Below are positions 8,522 to 19,050 of a stretch of 64,000 nucleotides of DNA, piece by piece. The notes below the pieces were generated by a model, which ran no database searches, was not told the DNA's origin, and worked only from the letters and a program-made list of their open reading frames with translations. Source of the stretch: an uncultured Gammaproteobacteria bacterium (GTDB lineage Bacteria > Patescibacteriota > Patescibacteriia > VMEV01 > CAZAJQ01); the NCBI GenBank assembly GCA_964485795.1, contig CAZAJQ010000006.1:9716-73715 (forward strand), given 5' to 3'. The translations under genes and the position numbers were made by a program. Each line of letters starts with the position of its first letter. Positions within the stretch are counted from its first letter, which is position 1.

Positions 8522-9603
8522 AACTCGCGATTCATCTGCTCACCTGGAACGGAGCGTCGTATCTTCCCTACCTTTTTGATTCGCTCAAAAAACAAACCTT
8601 TCTTGACTGGGAACTTCACGTATCCGACAATGCTTCCACGGATACAACATGGGATTTCCTTCAAAACGAAGGGCATCGCATGTTTGAGCGGCTCCACCTC
8701 ACCCGTTATGATTCCAACCGGGGTTTTGCCGCCGGACACAATGATTTTTTCCGAAAAAACGATCATGACCTGCTTCTCATACTCAATCAGGATATGTATC
8801 TGACGCCTTCATGCCTGGAAAAACTCATGGACTCCATGAAAAGACATCCGGAAGTAGGCGCCGTTGCTCCGAGAATCATGCGCTGGAATTTTGAAGCGCT
8901 TCGCCCCATGTATGCGAAAAATGTTTTGCAAAACAACTCAGCCCTGTTGCAAAAAAGTTTCACGGATAGCATTGATTCGCTGGGGCTTTCGGTAAAAAAC
9001 AATCGCCGCGTAACCGACCTCTTTGCGGGCTGCGACTGGAATGCTGTAAAATCCGACTTTCACAAAGAATACGCCGAGATATTTGGCGTTTCCGGCGCCA
9101 TGGCGCTCTTTCGAAAAAAAGCGCTCCGATACGTCGCATTTTCTGACGGTCAAGTTTTTGATGAATCATATGATTCGTATAAAGAGGATGTTGATCTTGC
9201 CTACCGTTTGTCATCGGCGGGATTTCAAAGTCACGTACTTCTTCATGCCGTCGCCTATCATGATCGCACCATCGCGAGTCAAACTCACGAACCTCTTTTT
9301 TCACTGCTGCGACGGAAGCGATCTCAGCCGAGAAACATACGTCAAAAAAGCTATCAAAACCATATTATGACGCTTCTGAAAAATGAATATTGGCGCAATG
9401 CGCTGCTCGATTTTTTCCCCATCTTTTGGCATGAATCAAAAAAAGCGCTCTATTTTTTTTTCACCGATCCCGCATTACTGCTGAAATCATTGCAATTAAT
9501 CGCAACAAACTTTTTTATAATACTCAGAAATCGAAAAGAAATCTCTCATAAGAGAAACATATCATGGAAAAAAATACGCTTATGGTGGACGCACAAAACA
9601 TAA
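8518..9603 (+). CDS. glycosyltransferase family 2
   Basis: MKLAIHLLTWNGASYLPYLFDSL...HVSDNASTDTT...NRGFAAGHN. The ATG at 8518 overlaps the upstream stop (ATGA), which indicates translational coupling. Confidence 0.8.
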   Translation: MKLAIHLLTWNGASYLPYLFDSLKKQTFLDWELHVSDNASTDTTWDFLQNEGHRMFERLHLTRYDSNRGFAAGHNDFFRKNDHDLLLILNQDMYLTPSCLEKLMDSMKRHPEVGAVAPRIMRWNFEALRPMYAKNVLQNNSALLQKSFTDSIDSLGLSVKNNRRVTDLFAGCDWNAVKSDFHKEYAEIFGVSGAMALFRKKALRYVAFSDGQVFDESYDSYKEDVDLAYRLSSAGFQSHVLLHAVAYHDRTIASQTHEPLFSLLRRKRSQPRNIRQKSYQNHIMTLLKNEYWRNALLDFFPIFWHESKKALYFFFTDPALLLKSLQLIATNFFIILRNRKEISHKRNISWKKIRLWWTHKT

Positions 9604-11684
9604 CTTCGGAAACATCCGTGTTTCGAAAACCGTTCATGAACGATTTTCATTTTCCTTACTTTTTCACGGGAAATCATCTCCTGCCTTTTGATCTCAATAT
9701 CATCTATGTGAATTATCGCATGAAAGATGATATCTTGCTTTCGCTTCAATCGCTTCTCGGAGACATTTCCAAAAGTTCGTATTCCATCCATATTCAGGTT
9801 ATGGACAATTCCGACAATATCGACGGCATCGCTTTGGCTCTCAAAGAACAATTTCCGGCCGTACAATATACGAAAATGGAGAAAAACCTCGGCTTCGGGC
9901 ATGCGACGAATCTTGGAATCGCGCAGGCATATCAAAGCCGATATCATTGCGCCCTCAATCCAGATACCCTGATACCCGAAAACAGCGCTACGATAGACGG
10001 GCTCATACGATATATGGACACCCATACGCAGGTCGGCGTCGCCGCACCAAAAATTTTAAACATGGATGGATCCCTTCAATACTCTTGCTTCCGCTTCAAC
10101 CTTTCATCCATTCTCACCAAGCCTTTTAGGCAATTGACTTGGTACAAAAAATTTCGCGTCTTTTCCGATGCCGTCGACCATTATCTCATGGCTGATTTTG
10201 ATCATGGCGAAAACCGCCCCGTGGACTGGGTCATGGGTTCGGCCATGATCATTTCCGGACAAGCTATCAAAAAAATCGGTGGTTTTGACACACGCTACTT
10301 CATGTATTTTGAAGACTGCGATCTTTGCCATCGGATGTGGAATCACGGGTATGAAGTGCATTATGCCCATGATATCGCGATCAAACATCGTCATGGTCGA
10401 GAATCCGCGAAAGTACCCGGCATCATACGCGCGCTCTGCATCAACTCAATGGCGCGAGTCCATACCAAAAGCTGGTTTTCTTACTTGTGGAAATGGAGAA
10501 AACGCCACGTTTCGGCCGCAAAAGAAAGAATTTCTTCAAAGATTCCCAATGCCATAAGAGAAAATCCCACTTCAAAAAATCGATCCGATGAGCTTCACCC
10601 CAAGATAGCGATCATATATCTTTCCTACCGTTGCGAACCCTATCTTGACGATTTCATTTCATCCATCAAGCAGCTTAACTATCCGAAAAATCGAATGGAA
10701 CTCATTATCGTCGACAATCCGCATCCCGAGTTTGGCTCTTCCATGCGCGCTTTGGAGCAGCATGTATTGCCGCTTTCCGGTAACGCTCTGCCGCAAGTGA
10801 CGCTTCTGCCGCAAAAAGAGAACCTTGGCTTTGCGGCCGGAAACAGTGTCGGCATTTCTTTGGCGCTCAAACATGGATGCGACTTTGTCTTTTTGCACAA
10901 TGCCGACGGATTCTTGGCTTCGACTGCGTTGCTTCCCCTCGTCGAGGCATTTCGAAGCGACCCAAAAATCGGCGCCGTGCAATCATTGCTCCTGCTGCAC
11001 CCCGAAACCGAGAAAATCAACAGCGCGGGAAATTCATTCCACTATATGGGATTTGGCTATTGCAATGAGTACCTGACGCCACTCGCTGAAAAAAAATTCC
11101 CGCATATCATGGACATCGGGTATGCAAGCGGTGCGGCCGTCATGCTCCGCTCCGATCTCATCAGGTCGTTCGGACCGCTGGATGACGATTTTTTCATGTA
11201 CCACGAGGATATCGAATATTCACTGCGACTGCGCCTTACGGGATATCGCATCGTACTCGCTTCGCAATCCGTTTTTTATCACAAGTACCAGTTCGCGAGA
11301 AGTATGGAAAAATTTTTCTGGATGGAACGCAATCGATATGCGATTCTCCTCTTGTATTACAAGATCCCGACTCTGCTGCTTCTGCTTCCCATGCACATGA
11401 TTCTTGAAATCGGTTTATGGATTTTCGCGTTTCGAGGCAAATGGATGCGCTTGAAAATGCAGGTGTACGGTTTTTGGCTGAAACCCCGAAATATAATCTT
11501 TTGGCTTGAAAAAAGAAAAAAAATCCAAAAACTTCGATGCGTCCCGGACGGCCGCTTGCTTCAATCGGCAACCGACGAAATACGTTTTCAGGATTCGCGC
11601 GTCGATTCACCGCTGCTTCGGTATTTCGGCAATCCGTTCATGCGCTGGTATTATCGTGTATTAAAATTTTTGATACGCTGGTAA
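9564..11684 (+). CDS. tandem two-domain GT2 glycosyltransferase with a C-terminal membrane region
   Basis: Two GT2 cores. The first has IIYVNYRMKDD...DNSDNIDG...NLGFGHATN and a DXD-like region FMYFEDCDLCHRMW. The second has IAIIYLSYRCEPYL...IIVDNPHPEFG...NLGFAAGNS and FFMYHEDIEYSLRL. C-terminal TM helices are predicted (LLLLLPMHMILEIGLWIFAF). Confidence 0.8.
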   Translation: MEKNTLMVDAQNITSETSVFRKPFMNDFHFPYFFTGNHLLPFDLNIIYVNYRMKDDILLSLQSLLGDISKSSYSIHIQVMDNSDNIDGIALALKEQFPAVQYTKMEKNLGFGHATNLGIAQAYQSRYHCALNPDTLIPENSATIDGLIRYMDTHTQVGVAAPKILNMDGSLQYSCFRFNLSSILTKPFRQLTWYKKFRVFSDAVDHYLMADFDHGENRPVDWVMGSAMIISGQAIKKIGGFDTRYFMYFEDCDLCHRMWNHGYEVHYAHDIAIKHRHGRESAKVPGIIRALCINSMARVHTKSWFSYLWKWRKRHVSAAKERISSKIPNAIRENPTSKNRSDELHPKIAIIYLSYRCEPYLDDFISSIKQLNYPKNRMELIIVDNPHPEFGSSMRALEQHVLPLSGNALPQVTLLPQKENLGFAAGNSVGISLALKHGCDFVFLHNADGFLASTALLPLVEAFRSDPKIGAVQSLLLLHPETEKINSAGNSFHYMGFGYCNEYLTPLAEKKFPHIMDIGYASGAAVMLRSDLIRSFGPLDDDFFMYHEDIEYSLRLRLTGYRIVLASQSVFYHKYQFARSMEKFFWMERNRYAILLLYYKIPTLLLLLPMHMILEIGLWIFAFRGKWMRLKMQVYGFWLKPRNIIFWLEKRKKIQKLRCVPDGRLLQSATDEIRFQDSRVDSPLLRYFGNPFMRWYYRVLKFLIRW

Positions 11685-11815
11685 AACCGGATAAAAAAAA
11701 TCGTTGTTGCTCTCAAAAGAGAGCCTGATTGTTGAAAATACCTTGTTTTTGAATATCATCTTTGTCGTTGAATTGCCCGGATGAATGTGAATCGACGCGA
11801 GATGTAAATTTTTCT

Positions 11816-12898
11816 ATGAAAATCACAAAAGCCGTTCTCACGGGCGGCGGAAGAGCCACACGGCTGCACCCCATCACATTAACCATGAATAAACACCTCC
11901 TTCCGCTGGCAAACAAGCCCATGATTTTCCATGCCATCGAAAAGGTCGTGGAAATCGGAGTCACCGATATTTTCATCAATGTGAATCCGGGTGAAACCGA
12001 ACTGCAAAAACATGTCGGTGACGGAGGTCATTGGGGTGTCAATATCACATTTTTCGAGCAAACCGGAGGTCCTTTGGGCATCGCCCATGTCGTTTCCTTG
12101 GCCGAGCGTTTTATCGGACACGATCCCTTTGTTTTTTATCTTTCCGACAATATCATTTTGGACAGCATCAAGTCCGTGGCTCATGAATTCCTTTTAAAAA
12201 GTCATGATTGCATGCTTACGCTTGCTTGTGTGCCGGATCCCGAGCGTTTTGGAGTACCGGTTTTTGACGAACAAAAAAAACTTATCGATGTTTGGGAAAA
12301 GCCGCCGAAAGCCCCCAACCGTTTTGCGGTTACCGGCATTTATTTTTATGGACCCAAAATTTTTTTTGAAACCTTTCAAAAAATCAAAAAAAGCGATCGA
12401 GGAGAATACGAAATCTCTTCCATTCATTCGGAATTAATCAAAACCGGTAAAAATGTCGGATACAAAGAAGTTACCGGCTGGTGGAAGGATACCGGCAAAC
12501 CTTTGGAGCTTTTGGCCGCGAATCGATCGTTGCTCGATCTGGCGCCCAATAGTTTTTTTTCGCTGCCGACCGAGATTTCATCCGAACGATTTGCCGAAAA
12601 AATCAAAATAGGAGTCGGCACGAAGCTCGGTGAAGGCGTCAATATCATGGGTCCTACCGTGATCGGCGAAAATTGCTTTTTGGAACATTGCACCGTGGGG
12701 CCGCATGTGAGCCTGGGTACGGGATGCCAAATTATCGGATGCACATTGCGAAATTCGATCGTTTTGGATCATGCTCGAATTGATTGCGATGAGCACTTTC
12801 ACGACAGCATTATCGGGAAAAACGTTTTCATCAGCCGCAGAAAATCTCCCGCAAGTCACTGCGTGCTGGTCGGGGATAAAACGGTGTTTGAGGTTTGA
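11816..12898 (+). CDS. sugar-1-phosphate nucleotidylyltransferase (long RmlA/GlmU-like form with a C-terminal left-handed beta-helix)
   Basis: MKITKAVLTGGGRATRLHPIT...KHLLPLANKPMIFH is the G-x-G-x-R nucleotidyltransferase motif. The C-terminus shows hexapeptide repeats (IGENCFLEHCTVGPHVSLGTGCQIIGCTL). The start is set at ATG 11816 rather than the track start 11762. Confidence 0.8.
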   Translation: MKITKAVLTGGGRATRLHPITLTMNKHLLPLANKPMIFHAIEKVVEIGVTDIFINVNPGETELQKHVGDGGHWGVNITFFEQTGGPLGIAHVVSLAERFIGHDPFVFYLSDNIILDSIKSVAHEFLLKSHDCMLTLACVPDPERFGVPVFDEQKKLIDVWEKPPKAPNRFAVTGIYFYGPKIFFETFQKIKKSDRGEYEISSIHSELIKTGKNVGYKEVTGWWKDTGKPLELLAANRSLLDLAPNSFFSLPTEISSERFAEKIKIGVGTKLGEGVNIMGPTVIGENCFLEHCTVGPHVSLGTGCQIIGCTLRNSIVLDHARIDCDEHFHDSIIGKNVFISRRKSPASHCVLVGDKTVFEV

Positions 12899-12990
12899 AG
12901 AAAAATTTCAATCGACATTTTTCTTTCTCTCCCAAATCGCCAGTCAATCGAAACCTGCTGAAATGAGTGTATCTGTCGTTTTGAAAAGTC

Positions 12991-15597
12991 TTATAAACTT
13001 TTCTCGGACAAATCCTTGATGCCTTGCAAATCCGAGTTTCCCAGCTGGGTTCTTTCCAGAATCTCGTTGCTCACAAGTCTTTTATCTTTTCCGTACTTCA
13101 ATCGCGATAATTGTTTGATCGCGGAAATTATGTCGGACGGGTTGCCTCCTTCGAGGTTGTAGGTTTTCATTTTAAAAGCCTTGGACGACGTATTGTCGAT
13201 GAGAAGCTTCACATAGGCCGCATGCTTTTCGATGTTGACGAGATCATATTCGTTGAACACCGGCGCATATTCCTTTGCCAGCACTTCGGCATCGTCAACT
13301 CCGATTTTGAATGAAACCAAGGTTCCGGCATTGCCGAAAATCGCGTCGCGAATACTTGTGTCGCGATTGCCCTTGAGCAGCTGATTGACATACTGATGCG
13401 CTAAAATCAGGTTCAGCCCATACTTTCTCGCTTCTGAAAGGATGATGGCGATACTGTCCGTGATGAAATTCTGAAATTCGTCGATATAGAGATAAAAATC
13501 TTTTCTTGATTCTTTCGCCATATCGGCTCGCGTCATGGCAGCCATTTGAAGCTTGGCGACGATGATCAGACCCAGCAAATTACTGTTGACCTCCCCCACC
13601 TTGCCTTTCGCGAGGTTCACCAGCAGAATTTTTTGCTCATCCATGATCTCGCGGAAATCAAATCCGGATTTCGGCTGACCGATGATATTGCGCATCATCT
13701 CATTTTCCACGAATCTTCCCACTTTGGATATCAGATAGCCCAGCATCTCGGATTTATGAAAATCCGAGGTTTTCGCCATTTCCTTTTCCCAAAACGCGCG
13801 CACGACCGGATCTTTCACCTTGGCAAGCTTGAACTTTTGATACGACGGATCCGAAAACATTCGCGGTATGTCGGCGATGGTACCCGGATATTCCTTGTCT
13901 TCCATGAGCGTGAGCATCACGTTTCTCATATTATGCTCAAACATGGGACCGATCATCTCCGGCGGAAACAGCTTATAGAAAATCGCGATCATCTCCTGCA
14001 CCGCAAAATCCTTTTGATCGTCGGTCTTGTACTCGAGCATATTGAGTCCGACGGGTCGATCCACGTCCGAAGGATCAAAATACACCACGTCTTCATAGCG
14101 CTCTTTGGGTACAAAACGCAAAACGTCTTCCACGAGATCTCCATGCGGATCTATGACGCATACCCCCATACCTGCGGCAATGTCCTGTTTCGCGCAATTC
14201 GCGAGCAAATATGATTTTCCGACGCCTGATTTTCCGATGATATACATGTGCCTCCTGCGATCTTCGGATTTTAGAAAAATTCTGGTTTTCACCCCGCGAA
14301 ATTCGTTGTATCCCAAAAGCAGTCCTTCTTTGGGAATATTCGTCGGCGCGGAAGCGTTTTTCGCCAACAGCCAACGAATATTGGGAGTCTCGTTTTCAGG
14401 CAACGGAAAATGAAAAACACTGCTCATTTCCTCAGTATTGAGAATCACGGCCTTGCCTTCGTCAAAGTTTCTATAAATGAAATCGGTCACAATATCCTGC
14501 TTTCGCAATGAAGGATCATAACGTTTCAATGAATTTCCGTATTCGTATAGATTATGCTGATGAAACGTATTGACGATATTTTCAAGATAAATTTTCGCGG
14601 TTTCGGCGATTTGCGATGACACCACAATACGGATATTACATTCCAGCCCCGCTTTGCTCGATTTTTCCTCCAATCCTTTGATCATTTCTTCTTCCATGCT
14701 TGACAGTCGTCTATCTTGCTCCGCTTGCGCCGGAGTCACTTCTTTTTTGGCAGCGCCGAAAACGTTTTCATAAAACCCTTCCCCGATGTCTTTCACGAAG
14801 GCAATCATAAACCGTCCCTTCACTTCATTGACAGCCTCGTCCAGAGACTTGCCCTTGGCCATACGCGTGGCGATGCCGTGTCCGAAGCGATGCCATCCCT
14901 TTGCCGGTCGAGCGACGATCTGGATCGCGGCTCCGTCATGTTCCGCAAGCTTGCTCAAAACATTGGTCAGGGCATTGAGCGGATCGGTATCCATTTTCTT
15001 GTACGACTTGATGGGAAAATAAAAATCCCTAGTAAAGACGATATTCGTTCCCAAAATCGTCCCTTGAGGCGTAAAGATATTATAATCTTCGACTTCTTCG
15101 ATATTTGCCGTAGGAAATTGCGCGTGGATCTGATGTTCCAAAAACCGCTCGAGATACTGGGGCACGGCAATATAAAAAGAAATAAGTCCCTCATCGGCCA
15201 CGATTTCAAAGGAAATATGATCCTCCCGTCCGAATAAAAATGCCAAAAACCCGCTTTGCGGCTTCATACCACCGATGGTGGAAAAAAAGGTTTCCATGGC
15301 TCCGATTTTTTCTTGTGTTTCTTGCACGCTCTTTGTCTTGGTAAATTCTTCTTTGCTTTTGGCGGATGCTTCTTTGGGCAAGGTTACGAGAAGCACTTTT
15401 TTTTCAAACGTTTTTGGAACAATATGCGCCTTGCGGACGAAAAAACGAAGAATATAGAGCATGATCACGGCAACGGCGAAAATAAGGACAGCTCGGAGCG
15501 CATCCTCAAGAAAAGGAATTTCAAAAAAGGATGCGGCGTCAGATGAAAGGCCTTGTTGCGATTCGTCCAATGACAGGAGGGTTTGAAAAAAAGACAT
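12991..15597 (-). CDS. TrwB/TraG/VirD4-family (type IV coupling-protein-like) ATPase with one N-terminal TM helix and a 440-aa N-terminal extension
   Basis: Walker A IIGKSGVGKS. Motifs match TrwB at CVIDPHGDL (vvDPnGD), YLYIDEFQNF (LFIDELasL, Walker B) and ARKYGLNLILAHQYVNQL (GRKaGlrvvaglQs). An N-terminal TM helix AVLIFAVAVIMLYILRFFV is predicted. Confidence 0.6.
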   Translation of the reverse strand: MSFFQTLLSLDESQQGLSSDAASFFEIPFLEDALRAVLIFAVAVIMLYILRFFVRKAHIVPKTFEKKVLLVTLPKEASAKSKEEFTKTKSVQETQEKIGAMETFFSTIGGMKPQSGFLAFLFGREDHISFEIVADEGLISFYIAVPQYLERFLEHQIHAQFPTANIEEVEDYNIFTPQGTILGTNIVFTRDFYFPIKSYKKMDTDPLNALTNVLSKLAEHDGAAIQIVARPAKGWHRFGHGIATRMAKGKSLDEAVNEVKGRFMIAFVKDIGEGFYENVFGAAKKEVTPAQAEQDRRLSSMEEEMIKGLEEKSSKAGLECNIRIVVSSQIAETAKIYLENIVNTFHQHNLYEYGNSLKRYDPSLRKQDIVTDFIYRNFDEGKAVILNTEEMSSVFHFPLPENETPNIRWLLAKNASAPTNIPKEGLLLGYNEFRGVKTRIFLKSEDRRRHMYIIGKSGVGKSYLLANCAKQDIAAGMGVCVIDPHGDLVEDVLRFVPKERYEDVVYFDPSDVDRPVGLNMLEYKTDDQKDFAVQEMIAIFYKLFPPEMIGPMFEHNMRNVMLTLMEDKEYPGTIADIPRMFSDPSYQKFKLAKVKDPVVRAFWEKEMAKTSDFHKSEMLGYLISKVGRFVENEMMRNIIGQPKSGFDFREIMDEQKILLVNLAKGKVGEVNSNLLGLIIVAKLQMAAMTRADMAKESRKDFYLYIDEFQNFITDSIAIILSEARKYGLNLILAHQYVNQLLKGNRDTSIRDAIFGNAGTLVSFKIGVDDAEVLAKEYAPVFNEYDLVNIEKHAAYVKLLIDNTSSKAFKMKTYNLEGGNPSDIISAIKQLSRLKYGKDKRLVSNEILERTQLGNSDLQGIKDLSEKSL

Positions 15598-15630
15598 AGA
15601 TCAATATTGATGAGGAAAAATCAAAAAAAA

Positions 15631-16116
15631 TCACAAAGACTTTTGATCGATGCGCTTTTTCATGTGAAGAATTTTATCCGTCATGATTTTTGCTTCTTGT
15701 TCGAGGAAAAATCGATTGACGCCCGGGATCAAAATCAGCCAATTTCTGACCATGGCAAATACCGTTTTTGCGGAAATCTTTGCCTTATGAATCAGCCTAT
15801 CGAGTTTATTCGCCAAGTCCTCTCCGGCAGACTTGAAAAGGGCTCTTCTTTCCGAGGGCAATGCCTCAAATATCGGACCAAGCTCATCTTCAAGGATGGA
15901 TTCGATTTCAAGTACCTGCGCGCTTTTTTGGGGTGCCGTGAGCTTGGGCTTTGTTCTCAACCTCGGAAAGGAAATCTGCTGTTTGACGGCAAGGGCATCA
16001 TCCGATGAAATCCGCTCCACTCTCGGCGTCCTGACTTCCTCGGGCACGTATTCGCGCTCGAGTGCATCTTGAGACTTTTTTTCTGAAGAACTTTCAAGTT
16101 CTGCATTGGGAACCAT
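15631..16116 (-). CDS. hypothetical protein (charged N-terminus, C-terminal hydrophobic segment)
   Basis: 161-aa ORF directly downstream of the coupling-ATPase gene on the same strand. No family recognised. Confidence 0.4.
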   Translation of the reverse strand: MVPNAELESSSEKKSQDALEREYVPEEVRTPRVERISSDDALAVKQQISFPRLRTKPKLTAPQKSAQVLEIESILEDELGPIFEALPSERRALFKSAGEDLANKLDRLIHKAKISAKTVFAMVRNWLILIPGVNRFFLEQEAKIMTDKILHMKKRIDQKSL

Positions 16117-16294
16117 AAATATTTTTTTGTTTATTATATCAAAGAGCGCCGATATGCGGAATTTTTTTTAAGATTCATTACATTCTGGCTTTGAATTTCT
16201 CAAAAGAAGTTTTTCCACTCATTCTGAAAAACAAAAAAACAAAACATCCTTTCATGTCTTGCTTTCAATGCATTCTCATCCGATGCGTCAACTG

Positions 16295-16837
16295 TCAATA
16301 ATAATCAGAATCTCTCTTCCTCCCTCGGGAAATCGCCATGACAAAGATCGGCGCCACGATCCAGACGAAGCGAGCATTGTCTCCGATAAAACCCTTTTGA
16401 ATCATGGGTGATAAAGCATTGGTCATATGAGGCGGCAAAAATGAAAGGGTCACGCTCAGAAGCAATCCGACATGCAAAACGCTAAATGCGAGAACCTGCC
16501 ACCATGCTCCGGTATAATCTGATCCGCCCAATGTATTCGCGAGCGCGCTGCGTGACAAGAAAAAAAACAAGAGCATGAAAATGCCAACGAAAGATGTAAT
16601 CTTAATGTACGAATCCTGAAAACGCACGCCGATACCTTCAAAATCATTGATAAACGGCGCGTAATTCACAACGGCCAAAGCCATGTAAATACCGACCAAA
16701 ATGATGAGAATACGGTCGCGTCCCAGTGAAAGTCCGTAGATAAACGACGACACGACAAAAAAAAGGATGATAAAGAGATCCCAGCTTGGCGTCGTCCAGT
16801 CAAACCCTGATACAACGTCAATGATATTTTGAAGCAT
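16295..16837 (-). CDS. hypothetical polytopic membrane protein
   Basis: 180 aa with 5-6 predicted hydrophobic helices. Same strand as the ATPase gene. Confidence 0.45.
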   Translation of the reverse strand: MLQNIIDVVSGFDWTTPSWDLFIILFFVVSSFIYGLSLGRDRILIILVGIYMALAVVNYAPFINDFEGIGVRFQDSYIKITSFVGIFMLLFFFLSRSALANTLGGSDYTGAWWQVLAFSVLHVGLLLSVTLSFLPPHMTNALSPMIQKGFIGDNARFVWIVAPIFVMAISRGRKRDSDYY

Positions 16838-16992
16838 ACCCTGTATATTTTTGCTGTTTCGTTTTTTCTGTGCGCAATGTACCTCAATTCATCATGATTA
16901 TAACACACCTCCCCTACAGCGCGACAGCCAAGAAAGTTACTCTTCGTCGTGAAGAATCCGATGCATAGTTCAGTCCGGAAAACACTCGACGA

Positions 16993-17019
16993 TACAAAAA
17001 AAGCGCCCTATGAGCGCCA
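16993..17019 (-). terminator. intrinsic terminator at the end of the atp operon; the atpC stop codon lies in the loop
   Basis: Minus strand reads GGCGC-TCATAGG-GCGC followed by TTTTTTTG. The TAG stop of atpC is inside the loop. Confidence 0.45.
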
Positions 17020-17430
17020 TTTTTTTTGATATTTTTTTGCCACTCGTATTCGCACCAATTCTTTTTCGATTTTCGCGGTAAGCGATGAAAACGCTTCTCG
17101 ATCCGATTTTTTCTCCGCAATCATCTTTTCGGCTCTTCTCTTGGCCTCTTCGGCGCGCTCGATGATGATCTCTTCCACCCTTTCGGCCGTATCCGCCAAA
17201 ACCGCAACTTTTTTTCCCGTGACCACCAAAAACCCTCCGCTGATGGCCGTAGGAAACATTTGATCACCCTTGTAAATCACGAGCTCTCCGGCGGCAAGCA
17301 GCGAAGAGAGCGGAATATGATCCGGCAATACCGTAATTTGTCCGCTTTTGGTCGGGACAATCGCCTTGTCGATTTCCTCGCGGTGCAAAACCCGCTCGGG
17401 AGTGATCAATTCAAAAAAAAGTTTTTTCAT
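17008..17430 (-). CDS. atpC: F0F1 ATP synthase subunit epsilon
   Basis: MKKLFFELITPERVL...GQITVLPDHIPLSSLL...GGFLVV is the epsilon beta-sandwich signature. It is the last gene of the atp operon. Confidence 0.85.
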   Translation of the reverse strand: MKKLFFELITPERVLHREEIDKAIVPTKSGQITVLPDHIPLSSLLAAGELVIYKGDQMFPTAISGGFLVVTGKKVAVLADTAERVEEIIIERAEEAKRRAEKMIAEKKSDREAFSSLTAKIEKELVRIRVAKKYQKKWRS

Positions 17431-17512
17431 AATTCCGCTCGATGGGTATAACATTCCAATATTCCCAAAAACTCATGAATGTGTTGGTTTTAAACAAACA
17501 GAGACGAAATAT

Positions 17513-18874
<1,362 letters not shown>

Positions 18875-18897
18875 TCACATTTAAAAAATTTCAATCT

Positions 18898-19018
18898 GAG
18901 ACTGTAGAAAAAGGATGAAATACGAAGCTCTGGAGTGAGCAGATTGGGAAAGATATGTGTTATATCTTGAGCAATCTGCGTAGCGAAGAGCGAGTAGTTC
19001 GCATTTTGCTACAGTCTC
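18898..19018 (+). mobile_element. MITE-like non-autonomous element, family B, copy A (121 bp, 16-bp terminal inverted repeats, 5-bp direct repeat AATCT on both flanks)
   Basis: Ends GAGACTGTAGAAAAAGG...CATTTTGCTACAGTCTC. AATCT occurs at 18893-18897 and again at 19019-23. It is nearly identical (a few mismatches) to the reverse complement of 38643-38763. No ORF fits inside. Confidence 0.6.
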
Positions 19019-19050
19019 AATCTCTAAAATATTTCTCATCATGTAAATTT

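Noticed and set aside
13546-14214. 222-aa plus-strand ORF
   Set aside because: It lies entirely antisense within the coupling-ATPase gene. It is His/Arg-rich and low-complexity, typical of a shadow ORF.
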